Assembly: GCA_040904565.1 (NCBI GenBank)
Contig: JBBDTI010000020.1
Coordinates: 1 to 49,191 of the forward strand
Length of the DNA: 49,191 nt
Origin: Rhodothermales bacterium
GTDB lineage: Bacteria; Bacteroidota; Rhodothermia; Rhodothermales; VXPQ01
Direction: 5' to 3'
Shown here: piece after piece, positions 1 to 10,606 of the stretch
Numbering within the stretch: position 1 is the first letter of the stretch
Layout of the letters: each line of letters starts with the position of its first letter
Made by a program: the position numbers and the translations under genes
Notes under the pieces: model-generated
Told to the model about the DNA's origin: nothing
The model's input: the letters and a program-made list of their open reading frames with translations, nothing else
Databases searched by the model: none

Positions 1-3000
1 CTAACCGGTTCGAACGAAGTCCTCACGGAGGATTTCGTCGAGCGTCGCCGCGTACCGATCCACGTCCGTGCCGCCTATGACGAGCGGCGGCTTGATCTTG
101 ATCACGTTCCCGTGCGGACCGTCTCGGCTTGTCAGTATCCCTTCCTCCCGCATCCGGTTCACGACGTAGTCCGCCGCCATGCCGGCCGGCGCCTTCGCGT
201 GCCGGTCTCGCACGAGCTCAATACCGAGAAAAAGTCCCGTGCCTCGCACGTCACCGATCACGTCGTGATCAGCCGCGAGCTCGTGCAACGATGACTTGAA
301 TCGACGTCCGATACGGAGCGCGTGCTCCCGAAGTCCATCTTCCCGTATGACGTCCAGCACGGCGAGTCCGGCCGCGCAGGAGACGGGGTTGCCGCCAAAC
401 GTATTGAAGTATTCCATCCCCGAATCGAACGACGCGGCAATCGCCCGCGTCGTTACGACGGCGCCCAGCGGATGGCCGTTTCCGATGGGTTTGCCCATGG
501 TCACGATGTCGGGCACTACGTCCTGCAGTTCGAACGCCCAGAACGCCTCACCCACACGGCCGAAACCCGTCTGAACCTCATCGGCGATGCACGCGGCTCC
601 CGCACGTCTCGCGTGACGGTAGGCCGCCGCCAGGTATCCGTCCGGGTAAAACACCTGCCCGCCGCATCCCATGGCTGATTCCGCCACGAACGCCGCCAGG
701 CCGTCGCTTGCTTTTCCGGCCGCGCGCCGCAGCGCCTCGGCGTGCGCAGCCCCCGATGCATCGCTCCGGTAGGGATCGGGCATGGGCGCGACGTGCACGT
801 GCGGCCGCCGGCCCGCGCCGCCCTCGCCCGCGAATTTATATGGGCTGATTTCTATAAGCGAAGAGAGGTTGCCGTGATAGGCGTGTTGGTGGACGAGGAC
901 ATCGGTTCGTCTCGTGTGAGAGCGCGCGAGACGCAGGGCGAGATCGTTCGCCTCACTTCCGCTGTTCACGAAGAAGCACGCGTCCAGCGCATCGGGTAGC
1001 GTCGCGGTAAGCCGCTCCGCGAAGCGATGGAGCTCTTCGTAGAGGTAGCGCGTGTTGGTGTTGAGCACGCGCAGCTGCTTTGAAACCGCCTCCACGACCC
1101 GGGGATGTGCGTGTCCGACGTGGGCCACGTTGTTGACGGTGTCGAGATACGCCTGCCCGTCACGATCGTAGAGCCGGGTCATGAAGCCGCGGTGGACCGG
1201 GACGGGCGCACGGTAGGATACGCTGAGCGACGGGGCCAGATTCCGCCCTCTCGCCTCGAGAAGCGACGCGGCGTCCGGGGACGTGCTCGCCGCGGCACCT
1301 TCGGCCAGTCCGAGCAGGTCGACCGGGCTGGGCGAGATGCCCTTCCATACCTCCGCCATCCACGGTTCACACGCGCCGGGGAAGTCGCCGGGGGGCCTTA
1401 CGGGCCGTACGCCGGGAGCGTCGTCGGCAACGCTTTCGGAGCCCGGGACGCTGCCGGATCTATCGCCGGATCCATCCATAAGATCGGCGACGATCTGGAC
1501 GTGCACGTGAGGCACCCAGCCGCCGTTCTCGTCTCTACGTCCGACCCGCGCGAAGTCCTCGCCGGCGCGGACGCGGTCGCCCGTCTTCAGCCGGACGAGC
1601 GTATCGCGGTCGAGGTGCCCGTAGAGCGTGTAGAAGGTCGGACCGCCGACCGGTGCGTGTTTCAGAATGACCGTCGGTCCGTAATCGTACGACCGGTCGT
1701 TGTCGGCCAGGGCATAGATTTCAGCGTCGAGCGGTGCGTAAACCTTACTGCCGGCCGGCTGAAAGAGGTCGATGCCGAGATGAACGGTTCTCGTCTGCGA
1801 GTCTCCGGTGAACTGCTCTCCGCGATACACGAGCCGTACTTCGCCATATCTTCCGACGCCTGTCGGCACGCCGGCCCTTTCTAGATGCCGCCTCACGGCC
1901 CGGCCCCCGCTTGCGGGTTCCGTGAGCTCCTCGAATGTCCACGTCGACCTCGTGCTGAAATCCAGCACGCACGTCACCTCCTCCGTGGGTGCTGGACGGA
2001 CGACGGGAGCGGCTTCGCTCCGATGCAGGCGGCACCACCGTGCCACCTCCTTCCCGCGCGGGCATGGCTCGAACCCTGCGTCGCGTCGAAACACGTACTC
2101 GGCCAATCGGGCAGGAATCGCCGCCAATCGCTCCAGCATCCGAAGGGCCGGCGCGCGCGACACGGTCAGATAGTCATCGTCCGGATAGTCATCGTCCGGC
2201 TCCAGGGTCCGCTGCTGGGATGAGATGGCGACGCTGACGCAAAGCCGCATCCCGATCATCGGAAAGAGGACCGACACCTCATCCTCACGAAGAGGAAAAA
2301 CGTCGCAATAGCGTGCCACGAGCGTCGAGGCCGCCCGAAGCGGGTCCCGGGCATCCAGGATGCCATAGGCGACGGCGACGGCAAGTTCGGTCACCGTGTA
2401 GGAGGCCACCATATCACCGAAGTCGATGATACCGCACCCTCCTCGTTCCCACCGATCGGGCTCATCGATAAGGACGTTGTGATCGTTGAGGTCGTGGTGC
2501 ACGACGCTGCGGCGAAGCCGACTCCCGCGGCGTTTCATCGCATCGTGGAATCGAGCGACGAAGGGCTCGAGGAGCCGCCGTTCGTCCGCATCCACATACT
2601 CCAGCCGATCGGCCACCGTTTGTCCCGCGTGTCGCATGTCCCATATCAGATCGCGCTCGAAGGCCGGATGATCAAATCCGTCCAGCGCCTGAGATAACCG
2701 TCCGACCATCGAGCCCACCGTGGCCAGAAGGCGCCGCGAGCGTGGTCGCGCGGTCGCCAGCGGCACGCCGTCGACGAACGTCAGCAGGCGCGCCGGGTAG
2801 ACGACTCCGTTCTTCCCTCGTACGTCGACGAGTTCTGCGCCTTCTCGCGTCTTGACGACATTCGGAACGCCTATCCCGCTGCCGGCGACCCTCTCCATGG
2901 CACGATGCTGGGCGCAGAGCACCTCTCGATCTTCCAGGGCGTGTGCGATCTTGAAAACGAACCGCGCTCCTCCCTCCGATCGAACGGCGAAATTCGCATC

Positions 3001-3135
3001 CCTATCGCCCGGCAAGGCGGCGAGTCCACTCTCGCCGTTCCGGACGCGGAGACCATAGTGCGCCTCGAGCGCACGACGAACGTCGTCGGGCGCGACGAAT
3101 GGACGGCGGACCCCTGCGAATCTTTCTCGAAACAT
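1..3135 (-). CDS. Fusion of APH/choline-kinase-like phosphotransferase, M23 peptidase-like domain and class III PLP aminotransferase/phospho-lyase
   Basis: Kinase motifs [21 protein letters not shown]; M23 motifs HLGID and YTLYGHL..PHVH; class III PLP motifs [31 protein letters not shown] at 3135 (TTG at 3138 is an alternative); stop at 1-3. Confidence 0.9.
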   Translation of the reverse strand: MFRERFAGVRRPFVAPDDVRRALEAHYGLRVRNGESGLAALPGDRDANFAVRSEGGARFVFKIAHALEDREVLCAQHRAMERVAGSGIGVPNVVKTREGAELVDVRGKNGVVYPARLLTFVDGVPLATARPRSRRLLATVGSMVGRLSQALDGFDHPAFERDLIWDMRHAGQTVADRLEYVDADERRLLEPFVARFHDAMKRRGSRLRRSVVHHDLNDHNVLIDEPDRWERGGCGIIDFGDMVASYTVTELAVAVAYGILDARDPLRAASTLVARYCDVFPLREDEVSVLFPMIGMRLCVSVAISSQQRTLEPDDDYPDDDYLTVSRAPALRMLERLAAIPARLAEYVFRRDAGFEPCPRGKEVARWCRLHRSEAAPVVRPAPTEEVTCVLDFSTRSTWTFEELTEPASGGRAVRRHLERAGVPTGVGRYGEVRLVYRGEQFTGDSQTRTVHLGIDLFQPAGSKVYAPLDAEIYALADNDRSYDYGPTVILKHAPVGGPTFYTLYGHLDRDTLVRLKTGDRVRAGEDFARVGRRDENGGWVPHVHVQIVADLMDGSGDRSGSVPGSESVADDAPGVRPVRPPGDFPGACEPWMAEVWKGISPSPVDLLGLAEGAAASTSPDAASLLEARGRNLAPSLSVSYRAPVPVHRGFMTRLYDRDGQAYLDTVNNVAHVGHAHPRVVEAVSKQLRVLNTNTRYLYEELHRFAERLTATLPDALDACFFVNSGSEANDLALRLARSHTRRTDVLVHQHAYHGNLSSLIEISPYKFAGEGGAGRRPHVHVAPMPDPYRSDASGAAHAEALRRAAGKASDGLAAFVAESAMGCGGQVFYPDGYLAAAYRHARRAGAACIADEVQTGFGRVGEAFWAFELQDVVPDIVTMGKPIGNGHPLGAVVTTRAIAASFDSGMEYFNTFGGNPVSCAAGLAVLDVIREDGLREHALRIGRRFKSSLHELAADHDVIGDVRGTGLFLGIELVRDRHAKAPAGMAADYVVNRMREEGILTSRDGPHGNVIKIKPPLVIGGTDVDRYAATLDEILREDFVRTG
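2169..2198. repeat. Perfect 15-bp in-frame tandem duplication ([10 protein letters not shown])
   Basis: gatagtcatcgtccg occurs twice in tandem. Confidence 0.9.
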
Positions 3136-3401
3136 CAATGTCTACCGGACGAGGAGTACCATCTGGGTCAAAACGTCAATGTAGCAAGATCTTATCTTCT
3201 GCATGCGACCGCGGAACGGAATAGCCATAAGGCAGTGAAAAGAGCGCGAAAAGCGCTTTCGGAATTCGGTCGCAAGACCGCTGCCGGATGGCCGCCGGTT
3301 CCACATCAGTTACCGAAGGTCGAGGATCCTGTCACCGCGGGGAGCCCGATTCTCGGGTGCGCAGCCTCATCGCGTCAACGCTTCCACCAATACGAGAAGT
3401 C

Positions 3402-5768
3402 ATGATAAAGAATAGCATCTGGTTCCTCCTGCTTGCGGCCGTCACTATGATGAGTGCCTCCCCCGCGTCGGCGCAAAAAGGGTTCGGCAAGTCCGTGTTG
3501 ATTGCCGCGGGCGAGATTTTCGTCGGCGAGTCCGACAACGTATACCGATCCGGTGCCGTGCACGTCTACGGCGGCGCGGAGGATGGCTGGGCGCAGCGCG
3601 CCGAGCTCACCGCTCCGGATGCACGTATGGGCGATCATTTCGGACAGAGCGTCGCGCGTGACGGCGACCTGCTCGTGGTCGGATCCACGGGCGGAGAAGG
3701 TCATCCCGGCGCGGCGTACGTATTTTCGCGCAGCGGCGGCGCGTGGACGTACGAGGCGACGCTGGCTCCGGAAGGCATCGTTTCGGAGGACCAATTCGGA
3801 CTGACCGTGGCCGTATCCGGCGATTTCGCTTTCGTAGGCGCTCCGGCGGGCGATGAAGCACCGGGGATCGTCTACGTATACGAACGCGGGGGCGACGGAG
3901 CGTGGACCGAATCGACGCGACTCGAAGGCAGCTCGACGGACGAAGGCGCGTCGTTCGGGCGGGCGCTCGCCGCCGACGGGGACCGGGTGTTCGTGGGGGC
4001 ACCCGACCAGAACGACGCCTCAGGCGGCGTATACGTATACGAGTACGACGGCTCAAACTGGATCGAGTCCAGGCTGCTTGAAGGCCGGATCACGGATGCC
4101 GGAGATCGATACGGCGCGTCGCTGGACGTCGACGCGGGCGACCTGATCGTGGGCGTGCCGCTCTTCGGCAACCGCGTCGGCGGCGCGATCGTCTACCGCC
4201 TCAGTCCGGAGACGGACGAATGGCAGTCGGCCAACCTCCTTCTCCCCTACAGCACGCCGAACGCACCGTCCTTCGGCTCGGCGGTGGCCATGAACGGCGA
4301 CGAAGTGTGGGTCGGAGCGCCTCAGGGGGCCATCCTCAATGGAAGCGCCTACCGGTTTATCCGTGCGGGGGACGACTTTTCGGCCTCGACCTCGATCTCG
4401 ACGTCCGACCTCCAGCGCGGCGATCGATTCGGCAATGCCGTCACTGTCGACGGGGACGTCGCCGTCGTGGCCGCCATCGGAGACGATTACGGCGCGGGAA
4501 GCGTCGTGGTCTTCGAGCGGGACGAGAGCGGAAACTGGTCCGAGACGCAGACGCTGCGCAGTGCGTCGGTCGGATTGGAACCCGTTACGGGCGGGGCGGT
4601 GATGTGCGACGACGGTGCCGCCGGCATGTTCGACTGCAGCCAGGTAAACCTCCTCGCATTTCTCCCGATCAGCGAGCTGGGCGGCGATCGCGGCGTGCAG
4701 CTGAACGACATCTGGGGGTGGACGGATCCGGACACGGGTCGTGAGTATGCACTGGTCGGAAGGGTCGACGGCACGTCGTTCGTCGACGTCACGGATCCCT
4801 CCAATCCGCGCTTCCTCGGCGACCTGCCCAAGACGCCAGGCTCACCCGGTTCGGCGTGGCGCGATATCAAGGTGTACGAAAACCATGCCTTCATCGTAGC
4901 CGACAACGCCGGCCGGCACGGCATGCAAGTCTTCGATCTCACCCAGCTCCGTACCGTCGGCCCGGAGCCGATGACGTTCGAACCGACGGCGCTCTACGAC
5001 AAGATCAACAGCTCACACAACATCGTGATCAACACCGACACGGGATTCGCGTACAGCGTCGGTAACAGCGGCGGTGGTGAAACGTGCGGCGGCGGACTTC
5101 ACATGATCGACGTGCAGGACCCGACGAATCCGACCTTCGCAGGCTGTTATGCGGCGGAAGGTACGGGTCGTGCCGGTACGGGGTACACGCACGATGCGCA
5201 GTGCCTCATCTACGCGGGGCCCGACCAAGAGTACGTAGACCGGGAAATCTGCTTCGGCTCGAACGAGACGGCGTTCCACATCGCCGACGTAACCGAAAAG
5301 AAAGCGCCCGTCGGTATCTCGACGGCGTCGTATCCAAACGTCGCCTACACGCACCAGGGCTGGATCTCCGACGATCACCGATACTTCTACGTCAATGACG
5401 AACTCGACGAGGTCAGCGGCAACGTCGACGAGACGCGGACGCTTATCTGGGACATCACCGATCTGGACGATCCGCAGCTGGTGCGGGAGTATTCCTGGGG
5501 CAATCGGGCGACGGACCACAACCTGTACATCCGGGGCGACCTGATGTATCAGTCCAATTACGTAAGCGGACTTCGAATCCACGACATCAGCGACCCGGAG
5601 AACCCCCGCGAAGTCGGATTCTTCGACACGATGCCGGTGGGTGATGATGCACCGGGCTTCGCCGGCTCGTGGAGCAACTATCCCTTCTTCGAGAGTGGTA
5701 CCATCATCGTGTCCAGCATCGACGAAGGACTCTTTCTGCTCCAGAAAAACGAAGAGCTCGGCCTGTAA
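3402..5768 (+). CDS. Secreted choice-of-anchor B family protein with N-terminal FG-GAP repeats and LVIVD-like C-terminal propeller
   Basis: Signal peptide from ATG 3402 (MIKNSIWFLLLAAV..ASA-Q); FG-GAP repeats (FGQSVA, VGAP, GAAYVF); NDIWGWTDP, WRDIKVY, YTHQGW, DHNLY, GSWSNYPF. Confidence 0.85.
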   Translation: MIKNSIWFLLLAAVTMMSASPASAQKGFGKSVLIAAGEIFVGESDNVYRSGAVHVYGGAEDGWAQRAELTAPDARMGDHFGQSVARDGDLLVVGSTGGEGHPGAAYVFSRSGGAWTYEATLAPEGIVSEDQFGLTVAVSGDFAFVGAPAGDEAPGIVYVYERGGDGAWTESTRLEGSSTDEGASFGRALAADGDRVFVGAPDQNDASGGVYVYEYDGSNWIESRLLEGRITDAGDRYGASLDVDAGDLIVGVPLFGNRVGGAIVYRLSPETDEWQSANLLLPYSTPNAPSFGSAVAMNGDEVWVGAPQGAILNGSAYRFIRAGDDFSASTSISTSDLQRGDRFGNAVTVDGDVAVVAAIGDDYGAGSVVVFERDESGNWSETQTLRSASVGLEPVTGGAVMCDDGAAGMFDCSQVNLLAFLPISELGGDRGVQLNDIWGWTDPDTGREYALVGRVDGTSFVDVTDPSNPRFLGDLPKTPGSPGSAWRDIKVYENHAFIVADNAGRHGMQVFDLTQLRTVGPEPMTFEPTALYDKINSSHNIVINTDTGFAYSVGNSGGGETCGGGLHMIDVQDPTNPTFAGCYAAEGTGRAGTGYTHDAQCLIYAGPDQEYVDREICFGSNETAFHIADVTEKKAPVGISTASYPNVAYTHQGWISDDHRYFYVNDELDEVSGNVDETRTLIWDITDLDDPQLVREYSWGNRATDHNLYIRGDLMYQSNYVSGLRIHDISDPENPREVGFFDTMPVGDDAPGFAGSWSNYPFFESGTIIVSSIDEGLFLLQKNEELGL

Positions 5769-5814
5769 CGTGACGGCGAATACGGTCGACGGCGATACAC
5801 GAATTCAGTACCCC

Positions 5815-7167
5815 ATGCGACCAGGCTTCACGTCCATCTTCTGCTGCCTTCTCCTGGCCGGCTGCGCGTCCCTCATCGGCCCCGGTGAGCCGGCCAGCGA
5901 CGAACCGGTGTTCTCGGAGGACGTCCTTCCCGTCATCCGGGAATCGTTTCTGCCGCTGCTGACGCAGGACACCGGTATCGATGCGAGCTCGTGGTCCGCC
6001 TTGCTCCGCGGCTCCGACCAGGGTGAGCTGCTCATCCCCTACGACACCGACAGAAGCCTGCTGATCGAGCGGGCCCTGCAAGCCGGTCCCGACGGGCCCT
6101 CCGAGGAAGAATTCGACGTCGTTCGCCGCTGGATCGACGCGGGAGCTCCCGACGACGCCGGACGGGTGGCGTTTGCGGACGCGGACGAGCTGCTGTACGT
6201 ATGCAACCAGGGCTCCGCCGTCATTTCCATCGTCGACATGGCGACGAACGTCGTTATTCGGACGGTCGATCTTCGCGAACTCGGCTTTTCCGAAAACGCC
6301 AGTCCGCACCACATCGCGGTCGCACCCGACGGCGAGCACTGGTACGTGTCCCTTATCGGTGAAGGCGTCGTGCTGAAGTTCACGCGCGATAACGAACTGG
6401 TAGGCCGCGCTGATTTCGACGTCCCGGGCATGCTGTCGATCTCATCTACCGGCGAGAGCCTCTACGCCGGCCGATCCATGAGCGCCGTCAACCCGCCCCA
6501 GCGAATCGGACGGATCGATCCCTCCGATATGTCCGTGGAGGAGATCGACGTCTTCTATCCGCGTCCCCATGCGCTGATTGCCGCGCCCGGTGGACGGCAC
6601 GTGTACAGCGCGAGCCTGGGTGTGAACCAGATCGCCGGCATCGATCCCCAGTCGCTCGAGATCGAGCTGACCGAAGTGGAGGGTCCGCACCACGGATTCG
6701 TACAGTTCGCCGTGGCACCGAACCGTCCCCTCATGATCGTCGGGGGAGAGATGAGCGGTCAGCTTCTCTTCTTCAGCCTGGAGGAGCCTATGTCGCCGCA
6801 TGTCGTCGAGGTGCTCGACGTCGGCGGGGCGCCGTGGCACCCAACGTTTCTACCCGACGGCTCGCGTGCCATCGTTCCGCGCAAACGGGCCGACGCCGTT
6901 TCCTTCGTGGACGTGCCGACCCTGTCGGTCTCCGGCGTCGTGTCCGGTCGCGGCCTCGCACAGCCGCACGGCAGCGCCGTGCGGTCCGACGGCCGATATG
7001 CTTACGTATCCAACAATAATTTGAACGGTGCCTTTGAATCGCGGTACGAGACGGAGGGCGACCCGCACGGTAGCGTCGCCGTCATCGACACCCGGACGCT
7101 TGAAATCGTCAAGATCCTGGAGGTGGAGCACTATCCGACAGGAATCGGCAGCCGCCCCCCACGATAA
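5815..7167 (+). CDS. Lipoprotein, YncE/YVTN-like beta-propeller with an N-terminal planctomycete-cytochrome-c-like domain lacking CxxCH
   Basis: Lipobox LLAGC after ATG 5815; LYVCNQ, PHHIAVAPDG, PWHPTF, PHGSAV, YAYVSN repeats; FSEDVLPVI...SLLIERA...RRWIDAGA segment. Confidence 0.75.
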   Translation: MRPGFTSIFCCLLLAGCASLIGPGEPASDEPVFSEDVLPVIRESFLPLLTQDTGIDASSWSALLRGSDQGELLIPYDTDRSLLIERALQAGPDGPSEEEFDVVRRWIDAGAPDDAGRVAFADADELLYVCNQGSAVISIVDMATNVVIRTVDLRELGFSENASPHHIAVAPDGEHWYVSLIGEGVVLKFTRDNELVGRADFDVPGMLSISSTGESLYAGRSMSAVNPPQRIGRIDPSDMSVEEIDVFYPRPHALIAAPGGRHVYSASLGVNQIAGIDPQSLEIELTEVEGPHHGFVQFAVAPNRPLMIVGGEMSGQLLFFSLEEPMSPHVVEVLDVGGAPWHPTFLPDGSRAIVPRKRADAVSFVDVPTLSVSGVVSGRGLAQPHGSAVRSDGRYAYVSNNNLNGAFESRYETEGDPHGSVAVIDTRTLEIVKILEVEHYPTGIGSRPPR

Positions 7168-7292
7168 CGGGGCCCCGGCGTCGTTCGGCACGGGGCCGGA
7201 GACCCTTAGCCGGCCGCGATCCGCGCGAGGCCGGCGCCTTCGTCCGACCGACACGGCCCCCACGCACAAGGAAAGCCACCATCACCCAGAAC

Positions 7293-9329
7293 ATGCACCG
7301 CCTGCTGCTCGCTTTCGTCGCCCCGTGCGGACTGTGGCTCGTCACGAGCCTGGCCGGATGCTCGGTCACCGGGCCGTCGCTCGACGACGGCGGAGAACGG
7401 ATGGTCGCGGCGATCCCTTCGCTGCGCGTCGTCGCGCCGTTCGAGGTCATCAAACCGGACGGCACGCCGTACGACCTTCCTTTTCTCGGGGGGATGAACG
7501 TGCCGCGCCCGCAGCTCGTCGACATCGACGGCGATGGCGATCTCGACCTGTTCGTACAGGAATACACGGGCGCCGTGATGTTTTTCGAGAACACCGGCTC
7601 GGCGAACGCGGCGGAGTATACCTGGCGATCCGACCGCTATGAGGGCCTCGATGTGGGGGAATGGTACCGCTTTGCAGACCTCGGCGGAGACGGTCGCATC
7701 GACCTTCTCGCCGAGCAACCATTCAGCTACATCCGCTACTATCGAAACGTAGGTACGCCGACCGAACCGGCGTTCGAGCCGGCGGCCGACACGCTTCGCG
7801 ACGTGGATGGCGATCCGGTTTTCTCGGACCGTCAGAACATTCCCAACGTCACCGATATCGACTGCGACCGACTCGCCGACCTCTTCATCGGACGCCTGGA
7901 CGGCACGGTGACGCGGTACGAGGCCGTCGATTCCACTGCGGTTCCCGTCTTTCGCCTCGTCACCGAGCGCTTCGAAGACATCGAGATCGTCGCACAGTTC
8001 GGACAACCCGGCGATGCCAATCCGGCTCCCATGCCGAACATTCCCGGTGACGATCCTGCATATCGTGGGCCCGACCTCGGACCTGACCGACGAACCGCTA
8101 CAAACACGACGGCACCTTCGCGCTCGACCTCAAGCGGAGGTAGACACGCCGTAGCGCTGCATGCCGACCCGCTGCACGGCGCGAACACGATGACGTTTGG
8201 GGACATCGATGGGGACGGCGACATGGATCTCTTCTGGGGAGATTTTTTCGAACCCAGCCTGCTGCGCATCGAAAACAGGGGGTCCTGCAGAAATCCCGAC
8301 CTGAGCGGCGAGCCGATGCCCTTCCCTCCGCCCGAACCCATTCAGTCGAGCGGATACAACGCACCGACTTTCGGCGACCTCGACGGAGACGACGATATGG
8401 ATCTCCTCGTAGGCGTTCTCGGGGGTGCGTTCAACCCGAACCGCACGGCCGCGAACAACCTCTATTTCTACGAACAGATTGGAGACGGACAATTCGAGCT
8501 CCGGACGCGCCGGTTCCTGGATCAGATCGACGTGGGGAGTGAAAGCTATCCCGTACTCGTGGATCTCGACGGCGACGGGGACGACGATCTGCTCGTCGCC
8601 AATAAGATCTCCTCGCAGGATAGCCGTACGTCCGTGCTCGTGCGGTTCGAGAATGTGGCCGGCGCCGCTACGACCGGTAATGGGATGGGCGGCGTACATG
8701 CGAGCGGTCGTTTCGAGATGCGCGATTCGATCGCGTTGATGACGGCCTATCATTACGCGCCCGCCTTCGGCGACCTCTATGGGGACGGCGACCTGGATCT
8801 GCTGCTGGGAACGTGGAACGACGGCGTCGCCCTGTATCGAAACGACGGTTCGGCAACCCATCCGAGCTTCGCGCTCGTCGAGGCGGGCTTCGTAGAACTC
8901 ACCCGTGGAAGCCATACGACACCGGTGCTGGTCGACATCGATGGGGACGGGGATCTCGACCTCTTCGTCGGAGAGACGTCGGGTACGATCAATTTCTACG
9001 AGAACACGGGGTCCGCCGCAGAGCCCGAATTTACGCTCGTGTCGGACGAATATGCAGGCATCAGCGTGGGTCGCCGAAGCGCGCCTACATTCTGGGACGT
9101 CGACGGGGACGGCGACATGGACATGGTCGTCGGCAGTGAGTCGAGCGGACTGATCCTGTACCGGAACGAGGGGACGCCGTCCGCGCCGCGCTTCAATCGC
9201 GGCGAACCGCTGCCGATGGACGTACCCCCTACCGCCGTACCGACGTTCGGTGACGCGGACGGCGACGGGGGGATCGAGCTGATCGTAGGCGGACTCGGAG
9301 GCGGCCTGTTCTATTTCGACCGGCCGTAG
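7293..9329 (+). CDS. FG-GAP/VCBS-repeat lipoprotein (Ca-binding beta-propeller)
   Basis: Lipobox LAGC; many DxDGDGDxD motifs followed by YxNxG. Confidence 0.85.
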   Translation: MHRLLLAFVAPCGLWLVTSLAGCSVTGPSLDDGGERMVAAIPSLRVVAPFEVIKPDGTPYDLPFLGGMNVPRPQLVDIDGDGDLDLFVQEYTGAVMFFENTGSANAAEYTWRSDRYEGLDVGEWYRFADLGGDGRIDLLAEQPFSYIRYYRNVGTPTEPAFEPAADTLRDVDGDPVFSDRQNIPNVTDIDCDRLADLFIGRLDGTVTRYEAVDSTAVPVFRLVTERFEDIEIVAQFGQPGDANPAPMPNIPGDDPAYRGPDLGPDRRTATNTTAPSRSTSSGGRHAVALHADPLHGANTMTFGDIDGDGDMDLFWGDFFEPSLLRIENRGSCRNPDLSGEPMPFPPPEPIQSSGYNAPTFGDLDGDDDMDLLVGVLGGAFNPNRTAANNLYFYEQIGDGQFELRTRRFLDQIDVGSESYPVLVDLDGDGDDDLLVANKISSQDSRTSVLVRFENVAGAATTGNGMGGVHASGRFEMRDSIALMTAYHYAPAFGDLYGDGDLDLLLGTWNDGVALYRNDGSATHPSFALVEAGFVELTRGSHTTPVLVDIDGDGDLDLFVGETSGTINFYENTGSAAEPEFTLVSDEYAGISVGRRSAPTFWDVDGDGDMDMVVGSESSGLILYRNEGTPSAPRFNRGEPLPMDVPPTAVPTFGDADGDGGIELIVGGLGGGLFYFDRP

Positions 9330-9391
9330 CACGCCGAGGTACGACGCCTTTTCACAACATCGCTTTTTTCACCTTCTCCGCCGTACCGGAC

Positions 9392-10606
9392 ATGCAAGAA
9401 ATGATCGCCTTTACGGAGGCACGCGCGATCGTGCTCGAACACGTGCATCCGCTAGGCACCGTGCGCATCGATCTCGAAGAAGCGCTCCACGCCACGCTGG
9501 CGGACGACGTGGTGAGCCGCGACGCCATTCCGCCCTTCGACAACTCGGCCATGGATGGCTTCGCCCTTCGGTCGGACGACGTACGGGAGGCCGGCAGATC
9601 CCTGGAGATCGTCGGAGAAACGGCTGCCGGTTCGGCCGAGTCACCCGACGTCTCTCAAGGCACGTGCGTACGCATCATGACCGGTGCGCCGATGCCTGAA
9701 GGGGCCGACGCCGTTCTTCCCATCGAGGTCGCTTCCGTGAACGACGCCGGGCGCACCGTAACCTTCGAAAAAGCGGCGGCTCCGGGTGAGAACGTCCGCC
9801 GTTCCGGTGAAGACATTCAGCCTGGCGCCCGCGTGCTCGAAGCGGGCCACGTGGTGGGGCCACCCGAGATCGCCGTGCTGGCTTCTCTGGGGTACGCTCA
9901 CGTCGACGTCGCGCGTCCGCCCTCCGTCTCGATCGTGACGACGGGAGATGAGTTGATCGAGCCGTCGGAGCCGCTGCGACCGGGCAAAATTCGGGATACA
10001 AACGGCCCGGCTCTCGCCGCGCAGGTCAACATGGCGGGAGGACGCGTGATCGGCCGATTTCGGGCGCGTGACGAACGTGCGGACGTGCGGTCAACGCTTG
10101 CGGATGCGATGAGAGCGGATGTGCTCATCGTCTCCGGCGGGATCTCCGTCGGAGAATACGACTTCGTCAAAGACGAGCTGGAGGCGCTCGGCATGGAGCT
10201 GCTCTTCTGGCGCGTTCGCCAGCGACCGGGAAAGCCGCTCGCTTTCGGCCTCCTCGACGGCAAGCCCGTCTTCGCGTTGCCCGGCAACCCCGTCTCCTCC
10301 GCCGTCTGCTTCGAAATCTACGTGCGTTGCGCCCTCGCGGCCATGCTCGGACGCCGCGAGGTGGTTCGCCCGACGGAACCGGCCATCCTGGGATCCGGCA
10401 TCTCGAAGCGCCACGGCCTGCACTACTTCGCGCGCGGGCGATCGAGCTGGTCGGACGGACGGCTCGTCGTCGAGCCGGCGAAACGTCAGGGATCGCACGT
10501 CGCCTCGTCGCTCGTTGAGGCAGACGGACTCATACACCTCTCCGAAGAGCTGGACGCGGCTCCCGCGGGCACCAAGGTGCCCTTCGAGCGGCTGAGAAAC
10601 GCCTAG
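9392..10606 (+). CDS. moeA: Molybdopterin molybdotransferase
   Basis: PPFDNSAMDGFA, RIMTGAPMP, TGDEL, SGGISVGEYD, LPGNPVS. Confidence 0.95.
   Translation: MQEMIAFTEARAIVLEHVHPLGTVRIDLEEALHATLADDVVSRDAIPPFDNSAMDGFALRSDDVREAGRSLEIVGETAAGSAESPDVSQGTCVRIMTGAPMPEGADAVLPIEVASVNDAGRTVTFEKAAAPGENVRRSGEDIQPGARVLEAGHVVGPPEIAVLASLGYAHVDVARPPSVSIVTTGDELIEPSEPLRPGKIRDTNGPALAAQVNMAGGRVIGRFRARDERADVRSTLADAMRADVLIVSGGISVGEYDFVKDELEALGMELLFWRVRQRPGKPLAFGLLDGKPVFALPGNPVSSAVCFEIYVRCALAAMLGRREVVRPTEPAILGSGISKRHGLHYFARGRSSWSDGRLVVEPAKRQGSHVASSLVEADGLIHLSEELDAAPAGTKVPFERLRNA

Noticed and set aside
7170-7198. GC hairpin after the YncE-like gene as a terminator
   Set aside because: Imperfect stem with no U-tract; at most an mRNA-stability element.
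7515-9290. Recurring gacatcgacggcgacggc-like nucleotide repeats as a CRISPR or repeat array
   Set aside because: They are degenerate codons of FG-GAP DxDGDGD motifs; no constant repeat-spacer structure and no cas genes.
8130-9332. 400-aa minus-strand ORF
   Set aside because: Antisense shadow of the FG-GAP gene, expected in high-GC DNA; no motifs.
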